Program-made: the position numbers and the translations under genes
Origin: Acidobacteriota bacterium
GTDB lineage: Bacteria > Acidobacteriota > UBA6911 > RPQK01 > CBDBID01
DNA length: 64,000 nucleotides
Direction of reading: 5' to 3'
Assembly: GCA_965205565.1 (NCBI GenBank)
Contig: CBDBID010000040.1
Coordinates: 111,451-175,450, forward strand
In this document: positions 49,543-60,595 of the stretch, in pieces
How the letters are laid out: every line of letters starts with the position of its first letter
Numbering within the stretch: position 1 is the stretch's first letter
Notes under the pieces: model-generated
Told to the model about the DNA's origin: nothing
The model's database searches: none
The model's input: only the letters and a program-made list of their open reading frames with translations

Positions 49543-49679
49543 AGGATTTCTCCGTTTGAGTAATGAGTAAATACTCGGCGGCCAACTCCGCAATGTGAAA
49601 TGAGAGACCAGAGGAGAAAGCAAGACACAATTCGGAAAAGACAAAGTTGAGGGCTAGTAGAGGAAGCAATTTATCCCCG

Positions 49680-50168
49680 TTAATAATTCTTTCCCTTCGG
49701 CTTCCACTCACGTGATAGCCGTTGTGCCTCAGAAATCTGTTCCTGAGTCATATTCTTTTCTAGTTCGTTGAGCACCTTGAGGGTCCGTTCTCTGGCGTTG
49801 TCTTCAGTGAAGTTGGAGACACCTAAATTGTGCCACATGTATGCAAGTAAGTAATCTCTGGGGACTCCTCCGCCTTTGGCGTACATCACCCCTAGGTTAT
49901 ATTGAGCGTGGGCAATACCTTGATCAGCAGCCTGGTACCACTTAGTACCTTGATCAGCAGCCTTGCGGTACCACTTAACGGCTTCCTTGTAGTCTTTGGG
50001 GACTCCTTGGCCGTCGTGGTACATTGCCCCTACTACAAATTGGGCCAGGGCGTCACCTTGTTGAGCAAGGCGGAGTTGGTACTCGAAGAATTCACTTTGG
50101 GCATAACCGCCTGCCCCAAGAATCACCAGTGTCAGAAAGAAAAAGGGCAGCTTGCGTAGAGTGGCCAT
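49680..50168 (-). CDS. Sel1-repeat (SLR/TPR-like) secreted protein
   Basis: Signal peptide; repeats with A..G...A...LG.MY..G.GV..DY.EA..WY.KAA.QG; internal 23-bp tandem duplication at 49931-49975. Confidence 0.6.
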   Translation of the reverse strand: MATLRKLPFFFLTLVILGAGGYAQSEFFEYQLRLAQQGDALAQFVVGAMYHDGQGVPKDYKEAVKWYRKAADQGTKWYQAADQGIAHAQYNLGVMYAKGGGVPRDYLLAYMWHNLGVSNFTEDNARERTLKVLNELEKNMTQEQISEAQRLSREWKPKGKNY

Positions 50169-50323
50169 GAGCTAACCTCAAGCACACATTGGGTATTTAC
50201 AGTTGAAAATAATCCTAGCAGCCAGCAGTGTGAAGGTCAAACCGGGCTAAAGAAGGCTAACCAAAGGGCATTTAGCAAGCGGGACAAATTTGGGAAAGGA
50301 AAAGTTGAAGAAGGATAAATATA

Positions 50324-50806
50324 TTAATTAACCTTCTTAGATTCTACTTCAACAATCATCGTATCAACATTGGGGTCAAAGCTTTCAGCAATCGATCTTG
50401 CTCGTTCGCTCGGAGGGAGAAGAAAAATAGGCATTTCTCGCTTAGCGTCGGATTTCTTTTCTAACAAACCATTGATCTTGGCGAGCAGTTCGTAGTTCGC
50501 ACGGAGCTCCTTCCCAGCACTCAAACAAATCCTCAGATCACCGTTCTCCCGTGCCTTCCTAAGAATCTCTTGGAATACATCCTCTAGAGCAACGATCTTC
50601 CCTAGTAACCTGTCCGCATGAGTTAGCTCTCCAGCCTTCTCTGCTTTCGCTACAGTCTTTGCTAAGTGTTGGTTCTTGTGACGCTGTAGGGCAGATGTAG
50701 ACAAACGATTCCGTGCCGCTATCTCCCGCAAAGGTTCTCCATTGACCAAGGAAAGCTCGATGGATTCTTTGTTTTCGTGGATACAAACACTACATTTCTG
50801 AGCCAT
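50324..50806 (-). CDS. hypothetical zinc-ribbon/HTH protein (phage small-terminase- or regulator-like)
   Basis: N-terminal CSVC...LSTSALQRHKNQH; no confident family. Confidence 0.3.
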   Translation of the reverse strand: MAQKCSVCIHENKESIELSLVNGEPLREIAARNRLSTSALQRHKNQHLAKTVAKAEKAGELTHADRLLGKIVALEDVFQEILRKARENGDLRICLSAGKELRANYELLAKINGLLEKKSDAKREMPIFLLPPSERARSIAESFDPNVDTMIVEVESKKVN

Positions 50807-50944
50807 ATTTGTTAGGGAATTATAGTGCCACGGAACGACATGTTACGGATGCGTGTCAAATATGGTTGTTTACCGAGAAAACAATACTGCTCCAATAAAA
50901 AACGGGGTCAAGGTATAGAGGAGAGATCCTGAAAGGGCATATAA

Positions 50945-52403
50945 TCCCCATTCACCATATGGGACACTCATCGTGCCTCCCTATATCACCCTAACCCATT
51001 ATAATTACAGCAGATATAATCTATGAAAGAGGGCAAGAAATGGCTAACCCAAAGGGTGAAGGTATGAAGCTTGGTATTGATGGCAGTCTGAGGCTTGAAT
51101 TTCATGGGGCAAAGGTCACATCGGATGCCGGACTTCTCGCCTATCGTGACCTGGACGAGGCGTTGGCTTTATTCGATAGTGTACCCTCAGTTTTTGACGA
51201 TTCGCGGACCGGGCGCAACATCCAGCACCACCTCGCGTCGTTGCTGCGCCAATCAGTATACAGCCGCCTGGCTGGCTATGAAGATGTCAACGATGGTCAT
51301 CGTTTATCGGTGGATCCGACTATGCGGAGGATCACTGGAAAGAAGATCGACAAGAAGAATGCCGCCAGTGCCAACACAATGGGTCGATTTGAGACCCAGA
51401 TGCTGTCTGTTAAGGACAACCTCAAAGCCCTTTCGGAAGTCAATGGCCAATGGGTGGAACGAGCACTGGAGAAGACCGCTCATCGACGAATCATTCTGGA
51501 TATGGACAGTTCAGCCAGCCCGGTCCATGGCGAGCAAGAAGACTCTGCCTACAACGGCCATTTTGGATGCACCTGCTACCATCCCCTGTTTTGTTTTAAC
51601 CAGTTCGGAGATTGCGAAGGTGCAATGCTTCGCCCCGGCAACGTTCACAGCGCGGATCGCTGGAAGGAGCTACTGGAACCAATCGTGGCTCGCTACGAGA
51701 AGAAGAAAGTCCGCAAATACTTTCGGGGGGATGCCGCCTTCGCCAAGCCGGAGATTTATCAATACCTGGAGAAGAAAGGCTTTTTGTATGCCATCCGGCT
51801 TCCCGCCAACCAGGTGCTTCAAGAAAAGATTGAACACCTGCTGACCCGGCCAGTGGGTCGTCCACCCCGAAAACCCGTCGTCTGGTTTGCCGATTTCAGC
51901 TATCAAGCCGCCAGTTGGGACCGGCCTCGACGGGTGATTGCCAAGGTCGAGTGGCATCGCGGCGAACTCTTTCCGAGAGTCGGTTTCATCGTGACCAATA
52001 TGAGCGCGCAAGCTCCAGGGGTGGTTCACTTTTACAATGGGCGTGGCACCGTCGAGCAGTGGATCAAGGAAGGCAAGTATGCGTTGAACTGGACACGACT
52101 CTCCTGCCAGCGCTTTGTCCCGAATCAGGTGAGGTTGGGTCTGTTCGTTTTGGCCTCTCGGATTGACCGCTTGAGATGGAGTACGGCTTAAGCGTCGAGT
52201 GTTTCTGACCAAGTGGGTGGAGAAGTGTCTCCGCTTATCGGATTTTGCCGAGATGACCTGGATAATCGAGGGATCAGAGGCCTTTTTCAGCCGACCCATG
52301 AGGGCAAACACTTGCTCCCTGGTCGGAGGGCTGATAGGTTTTGATTTCCACCACGGTGAGACCCGAAGAAGGTTAATCACAGGCTGATATGAGGAATGTC
52401 GGT
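50945..52403 (+). mobile_element. IS1380-family insertion sequence, copy 2 (internal ~180-bp deletion at the transposase 3' end)
   Basis: Same termini as copy 1 (TCCCCATTCACCATATGGG ... GATATGAGGAATGTCGGTT); the transposase lacks the 60 residues LAYNLGNF...AELLS present in copy 1. Confidence 0.8.
51040..52191 (+). CDS. IS1380-family transposase, C-terminally deleted variant (383 aa)
   Basis: Identical to the 7827-9158 product apart from a 60-aa deletion and 2 aa substitutions. Confidence 0.75.
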   Translation: MANPKGEGMKLGIDGSLRLEFHGAKVTSDAGLLAYRDLDEALALFDSVPSVFDDSRTGRNIQHHLASLLRQSVYSRLAGYEDVNDGHRLSVDPTMRRITGKKIDKKNAASANTMGRFETQMLSVKDNLKALSEVNGQWVERALEKTAHRRIILDMDSSASPVHGEQEDSAYNGHFGCTCYHPLFCFNQFGDCEGAMLRPGNVHSADRWKELLEPIVARYEKKKVRKYFRGDAAFAKPEIYQYLEKKGFLYAIRLPANQVLQEKIEHLLTRPVGRPPRKPVVWFADFSYQAASWDRPRRVIAKVEWHRGELFPRVGFIVTNMSAQAPGVVHFYNGRGTVEQWIKEGKYALNWTRLSCQRFVPNQVRLGLFVLASRIDRLRWSTA

Positions 52404-52820
52404 TTGAAGCAACGGTTCTTATCGACCGCCTGCGAGCAGAACCCTTGGGGTGAGCACGTGGCTCTCCAGCGAATGCAGGCCCACTGGGGTGTGCACTCCA
52501 GCAGCTCGAACTCATCGTAGCCGGGTGTGTTGCCCAGATAGCTCAGCACGGCTTCTACATCGTCGTCACTGGGGTTGTGGATGGCTGCCACCTCTTCGAT
52601 CATCGACCGCTCCAGCTCAAAACCGCCTGGCGACACCCCGGAACACCTTTGGGATTGCTCAGATCATCGTCCACCAGGTCACGGCCCAGTTCGGTTCAAT
52701 GTTCTTCATGCGGGACTTTGTCTTCGTGAACTCCATTTACCGGGGAAAAGACTATATAGTCTTTTTTGTAGGGGTTTGGACTGATTAGAAACGGAACAAC
52801 GGGTAAATTAAACTCCCGTT

Positions 52821-53150
52821 CTATTCCCGTTCTTTTCGGGACCAGCGGTCCTCGTTGAGGGCTTTGATGACGGCTTCCTTCAGAAAGGTGTCATCCTGCA
52901 CTTCAACCCAGGTACAGCTGAACAGACTTTTTCGCCTGCGCCTTACGATTGGAGAGGGAATCAACTCGAAGTCGAGGTTACGGAGTAGATCGTAGAATAT
53001 CTCGGTGTCGTAGAAATCCCTCTTCTTTTTGATGTGTTTTCTGACTATCCTCTTTCGGATCCTAATTTCCTTAACCGGTTTCCTCCCGGCCTTGCGAGGG
53101 ACGTCCCGCTTGAGGCCCCTTAATAGCTTTCTGATTTCCCTCTCACTCAT
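52821..53150 (-). CDS. hypothetical highly basic small protein (109 aa)
   Basis: Lys/Arg-rich N-terminus; AT-rich; start overlaps the stop of the upstream 172-aa ORF (ATGA). Confidence 0.3.
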   Translation of the reverse strand: MSEREIRKLLRGLKRDVPRKAGRKPVKEIRIRKRIVRKHIKKKRDFYDTEIFYDLLRNLDFELIPSPIVRRRRKSLFSCTWVEVQDDTFLKEAVIKALNEDRWSRKERE

Positions 53151-53665
53151 GTTGTGGAGATACTGGGCTTCGTCCTCGAAAAAGGGATATCAGCAGCCCT
53201 CATCTCAGTGTGATGGACCATTCGCTCAAGGCTTCGATGAAGAGTTGTCTTAACCTGCTCAAAGACCCACGAAAAGAACTCTATCCCGGGAGTTCCTGGG
53301 CCGGACCAAGCCTTTCGATACGCCTCAATTTCCGCCTTCAGCCGCTTCTCTGTCGATCGTCTCCAGCCCTTGACATCAATCGAGTTATCTTTGACCCATC
53401 CCTCAGACTCCTCTTCAAACTGAAATTGCTCCCTTGCTTCGTCAAGCAAATCGCTGAGATGGCCTATGTCGAGCTTTTGGAGAAAGAAGGAATCTTGCTG
53501 GGCAGTCGAGTTTGATTGAAGGATCGCGTAGATGAGATCTGGGTCGGGGGAGGAAAAACTGAAAGAAGATGGTACTTCAGAATCGATGCTTTCGAGCGGA
53601 TCTTTGCTCGGGCCCTTAGACTTGTGCTTAGCCACTTCGACCCCTCCTGCAAGGGCCGGCCCCAC
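53147..53665 (-). CDS. hypothetical protein (172 aa)
   Basis: AT-rich ORF co-oriented with 52821-53150; no motif. Confidence 0.3.
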   Translation of the reverse strand: MGPALAGGVEVAKHKSKGPSKDPLESIDSEVPSSFSFSSPDPDLIYAILQSNSTAQQDSFFLQKLDIGHLSDLLDEAREQFQFEEESEGWVKDNSIDVKGWRRSTEKRLKAEIEAYRKAWSGPGTPGIEFFSWVFEQVKTTLHRSLERMVHHTEMRAADIPFSRTKPSISTT

Positions 53666-53729
53666 AGCCAGCCAGAGGATCCAACTTATGAAGCTGGCTC
53701 TGGCTGTGAGACCAAGTCTTTCGCTATAG

Positions 53730-53885
53730 AACCAACATTCCTCATATCAGCCGGTGATGAACCTTCTTCGGGTCTCACCGTGGTGAATAATCAAAACCTA
53801 TCAGCTCTCCGACCAGGGAGCAAGTGTTTCCCCTCATGGGTCGGCTGGAAAAGGCCTCTGATCCCTCGATTATCCAGCACCTCCG
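53730..53885 (-). repeat. solo fragment of the IS1380-family 3' non-coding tail
   Basis: AACCAACATTCCTCATATCAGCC...GGCAAACACTTGC matches 7616-7830, 40290-40500 and 52195-52403. Confidence 0.6.
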
Positions 53886-54070
53886 CTCGCGAGAGTGGAG
53901 AGCTTCTATCTACCCGGCCTTCCCGAGGATAGACGCGACAGCCGGGGTTGCTCTTTAAGGGGCTACTGAAGCCGGGCAAAAAATGCACCCTATGCGCACC
54001 CTGGACCAATTGGGCTCGACGGGAGCAGATCAGGAGATTCCCCTAAAGTATTGAAAATATTAAAGAAAGA

Positions 54071-54147
<77 letters not shown>

Positions 54148-54205
54148 ACTCTTGGCGAGTTGACCGGCCAAAGCTCAGCCGGCTTGGCAGCGCTTATTGT
54201 ACTGA

Positions 54206-56110
54206 CTAGCTGGTCAATGCGTCCAGCAATTCCTGATTGACCGTGATTCGATCCTGGTTGCGCAGCTGTTCGATGACGTTCTGGATGTAGGACTGGAAAA
54301 AGGCGTCTCGCTTCTGCTGCCCCAGCTCTTCACCCAACTTGGCCTTCTCCGCCTCCAGCTTCCGCTCATCCAGCTGGCTTTTCTGCACCACCTGGAAGAC
54401 CACGTACTTCCTGGCCACCTGTACCGGCGGGCTGATCTCGCCGATGTCCATGGTGAAGGCCCGGTCGTGCACCAGAGGAGAGAACTTCAAAGTGTCATCA
54501 ATGGTGGCACCCTTCTTGAAAAATCCAGTGGTGGTCAGGGGCAAACCTTCCTCTTTGCTCAATTCTTCAAACCGGTCTTCCTGGCGCGCTTTCCGGGAGA
54601 ATTGGAAGGCCTTTTCCCGGGCCAGCTCGTGCCCTTTTCCGGAGCGATAATCCTCGCGTATCCGATCGAGCACATCTTCAAACCGGGCCATCTCCAAGGG
54701 CCGGATATCGAGCAGTTCAGCCACCAGGTAGGTGCCGGTTGCCGAGTACGGGTCAGTCGTCTGGCCCTTGGTGAGATTGAAGACTCGTTGATTGAAGTCG
54801 CTGCGAACGTACAGACCAGGAATGGGATCGGCCAAGCCGAAATAATCCGACTCCCGAACGGCCAGGTCATGGCTTTGGGCTGCCTCCTCCAAGGAGGTGC
54901 CGCTCTTGAGCTGGCGGGAGATCTGGTTGGCCACCTCTTTGGCCTGCTGGGAAGCCAGCTCCTGACGCAGCTGAAATTCTGCAATGGGCCGACGCTGGTT
55001 GGCATCGAGATGGGGCGCCTCGACCACCTGGATGATGTGGAAACCGAACGGGGACCGGACCAGATCGCTGATCTGACCCGGCTGCAGCGAGAAGGCCACC
55101 TCCTCGAATTCGGGAACCATCTTTCCACGCCCGAAAAATCCCAGATCACCTCCGGCTTGGGAGCTGGCCGTGTCCTCCGAGTACTGGCGTGCCAGCTGGC
55201 CGAAGTCCTTTCCTGAGCGAGCTTCTTTCAGGATGCGACGGGCCTTCTTCTCCAACACGGCTTCCTGGGCTTCATCTGGCACCCGGACGAGGATGTGGCG
55301 GGCCCGCACCTGAAGTGTGTCGGTGACGTCGGCCAGACGACTCTGAATCTGATCTTCGGTCACTTCGACCCGTTCGGGATCGATGGGGACACGCACGAAC
55401 TTGATCTTGCGCTGTTCCAGTTTTCGGTAGGCCTCCCGTCTCTCCTCGAAGAACTCCCGTAATTCCTCCTGGCCGATCCGGTCCGGCACCATGTTTTCCG
55501 TGTCGATGGAGATATAGCGCACTTTCACCTGCTGGTTGCGATTGGCAAACTCCTGTAGCACCTCGTCCGGGGTGATGAGGATGCCGTCGGTGAGAACACT
55601 CATCAGTTTGCGCCTCAGCAGCTCACGGCGAGTATTCGCTTCGAATTCCTGGACGGTCAGGTGGTTGGCCTGCAGGATGCGCTCGTATTGAGTCACTCCG
55701 ACGAACTGGCCGTTGTTCTGAAAGACGGGATAGGTGCTGATGTGGCGGGCGATCTCTTGAGGTGTGGTTTGGATGTTCAACTTCTGGGCCTCGGCCAGGA
55801 TGGCGTACTCGCCGATCAGCTGACTGATGGTTCTCTGCCCGATCCCCAGCTGCTTGACGATTTCCGGGTCCTGCTGGTCCAGCTTATAGGTCTGGCGGTA
55901 GACCTCGTACAGGCGGGCGTAGGAGCGGTGAAATTCCGCCACGGTAATCGGATTGCCATCCACCATGGCCACCTGATTGCTCTCCAGCCCCTGTCCGATT
56001 CCGGTCGGGGTGTCTACGAACAAGAGGAGCATTCCGGCACCCAGGGTCAGGATCACCAACCAGAGAATCCACTTAAGACCTTGGTGCTTTTTTCGAAAGA
56101 GTGCTAGCAT
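54206..56110 (-). CDS. ppiD: periplasmic chaperone / peptidyl-prolyl isomerase PpiD
   Basis: N-terminal TM anchor, SurA-like domain, parvulin PPIase domain (ARHILVRV...GGDLGFFGRGKMVPEFEEVAFSL...FGFHIIQV); 634 aa. Confidence 0.75.
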   Translation of the reverse strand: MLALFRKKHQGLKWILWLVILTLGAGMLLLFVDTPTGIGQGLESNQVAMVDGNPITVAEFHRSYARLYEVYRQTYKLDQQDPEIVKQLGIGQRTISQLIGEYAILAEAQKLNIQTTPQEIARHISTYPVFQNNGQFVGVTQYERILQANHLTVQEFEANTRRELLRRKLMSVLTDGILITPDEVLQEFANRNQQVKVRYISIDTENMVPDRIGQEELREFFEERREAYRKLEQRKIKFVRVPIDPERVEVTEDQIQSRLADVTDTLQVRARHILVRVPDEAQEAVLEKKARRILKEARSGKDFGQLARQYSEDTASSQAGGDLGFFGRGKMVPEFEEVAFSLQPGQISDLVRSPFGFHIIQVVEAPHLDANQRRPIAEFQLRQELASQQAKEVANQISRQLKSGTSLEEAAQSHDLAVRESDYFGLADPIPGLYVRSDFNQRVFNLTKGQTTDPYSATGTYLVAELLDIRPLEMARFEDVLDRIREDYRSGKGHELAREKAFQFSRKARQEDRFEELSKEEGLPLTTTGFFKKGATIDDTLKFSPLVHDRAFTMDIGEISPPVQVARKYVVFQVVQKSQLDERKLEAEKAKLGEELGQQKRDAFFQSYIQNVIEQLRNQDRITVNQELLDALTS

Positions 56111-56284
56111 TTACAGCTCTTTTCCGTATATCATTCGGAGTCCGTTTGAACCTCGGAACGAACATTATAGCATGGGGTCTGAGACCTCACGGTTCCGTGT
56201 CCGTAGCGAAGTCCTTGAGGTAGCGAGGGGAAACCGGTCATCCATGCCCAGCAGGATGCCCAGAAGAAGAGTTTGGGTCAATAG

Positions 56285-57310
<1,026 letters not shown>

Positions 57311-57320
57311 GTAAACCTCC

Positions 57321-58130
57321 ATGATCAAGACCGAGCAGCCCCGCCCCCTAGCTTCGTTGGCAACTCTGGCGGTGGTGCATTTGCTGCTACTGTCGCTACA
57401 GCTGCGTACCCCGGAGGGCCAGGTGATCTTGCGTTCCTGGACTCTTTCCGTCTTCATTCCTGTGAGTATGGCCGTTCATCTGCTGGCCGAGCAAACCGAA
57501 ACCGCCGTGCAGAAGTATTTGTTGCTCAGCGGCGCTCAGCAGGAAAATCAGCTCCTCCGGATGGAGAATCGACAGCTCAAAGTGCGATTGGTCCAACTGC
57601 ATGCCGTCGAGGAGTTGGTGTCGCGAAGCGCCGATTATCAGTTACTGAGAAGGCAGTACTTGTTTGACACCGTGGTGGCAGGAGTGGTGTGGAAAGGCTC
57701 TCTCGGCCAGGCTGAACGGATTCTGATCAATGCCGGAATGCGTCACGGAGTGGGCAAGGATGCTGCTGTCTTGGCGCCCGAAGGGATTGTGGGGCGGGTG
57801 CGGACCAGCTCGGCTCTGGGAGCCGAAGTGGAACTGATCACGAGCCCGGGCGCGGCCGCTGGCGCCGTGCAAAGAGGGTCTCGTTTGCAGGGAATCATTC
57901 AGGGGAACGGGTCGGCTTTGCTCGAGTGGAACTTCATTCCCAATTACGAAAGGGTCCCCGTGGGAGAGATCGCCTTCACCTCGGGAACAGACCAGATCTA
58001 CCCGAAAGGGTTGCCGATCGGACGAATCGTACTCTCGGAAAAGGGACCCAGCGTTTATCGCAGGATCCTGGTGAAACCTTTCGTGGATTCGGGTCGCCTC
58101 GAAGAGGTGATTGTGGCCTTGGAAAGGTGA
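57321..58130 (+). CDS. mreC: rod shape-determining protein MreC
   Basis: N-terminal TM, coiled-coil, C-terminal beta domains; gene order after mreB. Confidence 0.75.
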   Translation: MIKTEQPRPLASLATLAVVHLLLLSLQLRTPEGQVILRSWTLSVFIPVSMAVHLLAEQTETAVQKYLLLSGAQQENQLLRMENRQLKVRLVQLHAVEELVSRSADYQLLRRQYLFDTVVAGVVWKGSLGQAERILINAGMRHGVGKDAAVLAPEGIVGRVRTSSALGAEVELITSPGAAAGAVQRGSRLQGIIQGNGSALLEWNFIPNYERVPVGEIAFTSGTDQIYPKGLPIGRIVLSEKGPSVYRRILVKPFVDSGRLEEVIVALER

Positions 58131-58716
58131 AGCCGCTGCGGACATAGGGGGAAGCGAGGCAGAGCATTGTTGTCGGGAGCAATCCAGCAAAGGAAGGGGA
58201 GGGAATGGATTGAATCGGACGATACGGGGTGCCGAGTTACTACTGCTGGCAGCCGCTACCATCGCTTACGACCTGATCATCTCCCAGTTCCTGACAGGGG
58301 CCGGGTATCTGGACCTGTCGCTGGTCTTTACCCTCTACATTGGATCCTACTCACCGCCCGTCAAAACTGCGATTTGCGGTACCGCCTTGGGTTTGCTTCA
58401 GGACGCACTCCCCTCGGGTCTATACCTGGGTCTGCACGGCTTCACCAAGACCGTCCTTGGATTCGGGGCCGCCAAGCTGAGCCGTTGGATCGTTTGGGAT
58501 CGCATTGCCATCTGCTCCCTGGTCGTAGGCCTCCTCAGCTTGCTGGACCGTTTGATCGCCCAGCTTTTGCTGAAGCTGGGAGACCAACCCTTTTATCGAG
58601 GATTCTGGTCCGACTGGATGGTGGGAGGGATCGTCACGGGGCTGGCCGGAAGTCTGCTGTTCCGGTTGCTGGATCGAATCCGGACTCGGCCCAAATGGTG
58701 GCGAGAGGAAAACTAG
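58111..58716 (+). CDS. mreD: rod shape-determining protein MreD (true start probably an internal TTG/ATG)
   Basis: Polytopic membrane protein following mreC; overlaps the mreC end. Confidence 0.55.
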   Translation: MWPWKGEAAADIGGSEAEHCCREQSSKGRGGNGLNRTIRGAELLLLAAATIAYDLIISQFLTGAGYLDLSLVFTLYIGSYSPPVKTAICGTALGLLQDALPSGLYLGLHGFTKTVLGFGAAKLSRWIVWDRIAICSLVVGLLSLLDRLIAQLLLKLGDQPFYRGFWSDWMVGGIVTGLAGSLLFRLLDRIRTRPKWWREEN

Positions 58717-58749
58717 CCGCCGGCACCAGAGCTGGCACCCGGTAGAGCC

Positions 58750-60585
58750 ATGCCGATTTTCCAGGATAATCGTCCGGTTCTGAATCGTTTGAAGTGGGTC
58801 CGGATGATCCTCATCCTGCTTTTCGCCTTGCTGGTAGGTCGACTCTGGCAGCTGGGGATTCTCCAGCACGACCGCTACCGGGCCCTGGCGGAGCGCAATC
58901 ATGTGCGCACTATCCCTCTACTGTCGCCGCGGGGTTTGATCTACGATCTCGACGGCCGGGTGCTGGTGGACAACGTCTACGGCTGGAACCTGGTCCTGTT
59001 CAAGGACGAGATGCAGGATCTGGATGCGACGCTGCAGTTTCTGGAACGGGGGCTGCAAGTGGATCCGCAACGGCTACGAGAACGGCTGGAACAGGTCCGC
59101 AACTACGCCCTGTACCAGCCGGTGGTGATTAAAGAAAACCTCTCCATCGAGCAGATCTCCTATTTTCTCTCCCACCAGTCCGAATACCCGGAATTGAAGA
59201 TCTTCCGACAGCCAAGGCGCATTTACCGGTACGCCAAGACAGCGGCCCATGCGCTGGGCTACGTTGGAGAAATTTCTCCGGAGGGATTGGCTCTTCCCCA
59301 GTTCCGGGACAACAAGCCGGGCGACATCGTGGGGAAATACGGTCTGGAACGACAGTACAATCGCCGCCTTTCTGGGAAGGACGGATACCGTCGGGTGCTG
59401 GTCAACAGCTTCGGAAAAACGCTTTATGAACTTGACCGAACGGATCCGGTGGAAGGGAAAGAGCTACACCTCACCCTCGACCTGGACCTGCAAATGATCG
59501 CCGAGGAAGAGCTGGCCGATAGTCCCGGCGCCATCTTCGCCTTCAACCCCACCCAGGGCGAAGTGCTGGCGATGGCCAGCAATCCTGCCTTTGACCCCAA
59601 CAGTTTTGCCACCCACGTCAGCCAGCGGGAGTGGGAAGTCCTGGTCAATCATCCAGATCACCCCTTTCAAAATCGAGTCATCCAGAGCAGTTTCTCTCCG
59701 GGTTCCATCTTCAAGGTGTTTGTGGGTCTGGCTGGGCTGGAAAACGGCATCGTCGACCGCCACACCACAGTGGTCTGCAGCGGGTCGGCCATCCTCTATG
59801 GACACGAGTTCCGTTGCTGGAAAAAAGAAGGCCACGGCGAAATCTCTCTGCAAAGAGCGATCCAGGTTTCCTGCAATGTTTATTTCTATCTGCTGGGTCA
59901 GAAGCTGGGGATCGAACACATCTCTCGATTCAGTCGTAAACTGGGACTGGGCGTGCGCACGGGCATCGAACTGGCCGGAGAGGCGAAAGGTCTGATCCCG
60001 TCCGTGGAATGGAAGCGCCAGACCACGGGAAGACCCTGGTATCCAGGGGAGACCATCTCGGTGGCGATCGGGCAGGGGCCCCTCAATATCACCCCCATCC
60101 AATTGGCTCGCGCCGTAGGGGTCATTGCCACGGGACAAACGCCCCAGCTGCACCTGCTAAAAGATCAACGGCAATCCCAACCGCGTCTCAGGCCGGCCGA
60201 GGAATTTTATTCCGAGAATCTGACGCTGGTGCGAGAGGCGATGTGGAAGGTGGTGAAATGGGGCACCGGCCGGGCCGCCCAGGTGCGCGGGTTCGAGGTT
60301 TGCGGGAAGACCGGCACCGCTCAAATCATCAGCCGGGCCACCCAATCGAGACTTTCGGCAGAGGGCGAAAGGCGATTCCGACCCAACGCCTGGTTCGTCG
60401 GTTTCGCCCCGCACGACGCTGCCGAGATCGTGGTGGCGGTGATCGTGCAGCGGGGAGGTTCCGGCGGGAGTGTAGCGGCTCCCATCGCCGGCCGAATCTT
60501 TCAGGAATACTACAAGAAATACAAAGTCCGGGCTTCTCCCATGCTGGAAGCGACCTGGAAAGTAGACCCCTCTAAATCCTCCTAA
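58750..60585 (+). CDS. mrdA: penicillin-binding protein 2 (peptidoglycan D,D-transpeptidase MrdA)
   Basis: TM anchor, dimerisation domain, transpeptidase motifs SxxK (FSPGSIFK) and SxN (SCNVYFY); 611 aa. Confidence 0.85.
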   Translation: MPIFQDNRPVLNRLKWVRMILILLFALLVGRLWQLGILQHDRYRALAERNHVRTIPLLSPRGLIYDLDGRVLVDNVYGWNLVLFKDEMQDLDATLQFLERGLQVDPQRLRERLEQVRNYALYQPVVIKENLSIEQISYFLSHQSEYPELKIFRQPRRIYRYAKTAAHALGYVGEISPEGLALPQFRDNKPGDIVGKYGLERQYNRRLSGKDGYRRVLVNSFGKTLYELDRTDPVEGKELHLTLDLDLQMIAEEELADSPGAIFAFNPTQGEVLAMASNPAFDPNSFATHVSQREWEVLVNHPDHPFQNRVIQSSFSPGSIFKVFVGLAGLENGIVDRHTTVVCSGSAILYGHEFRCWKKEGHGEISLQRAIQVSCNVYFYLLGQKLGIEHISRFSRKLGLGVRTGIELAGEAKGLIPSVEWKRQTTGRPWYPGETISVAIGQGPLNITPIQLARAVGVIATGQTPQLHLLKDQRQSQPRLRPAEEFYSENLTLVREAMWKVVKWGTGRAAQVRGFEVCGKTGTAQIISRATQSRLSAEGERRFRPNAWFVGFAPHDAAEIVVAVIVQRGGSGGSVAAPIAGRIFQEYYKKYKVRASPMLEATWKVDPSKSS

Positions 60586-60595
60586 GGGACCGCCA

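Noticed and set aside
49931-49975. 23-bp tandem duplication (taccttgatcagcagcc...) as a possible VNTR or regulatory repeat
   Set aside because: It lies inside the Sel1-repeat coding sequence and simply reflects the protein's internal repeat (in frame, both copies coding).
54467-55216. 249-aa plus-strand ORF and a 196-aa minus-strand ORF inside ppiD
   Set aside because: Alternative or antisense frames of a well-supported 634-aa PpiD gene.
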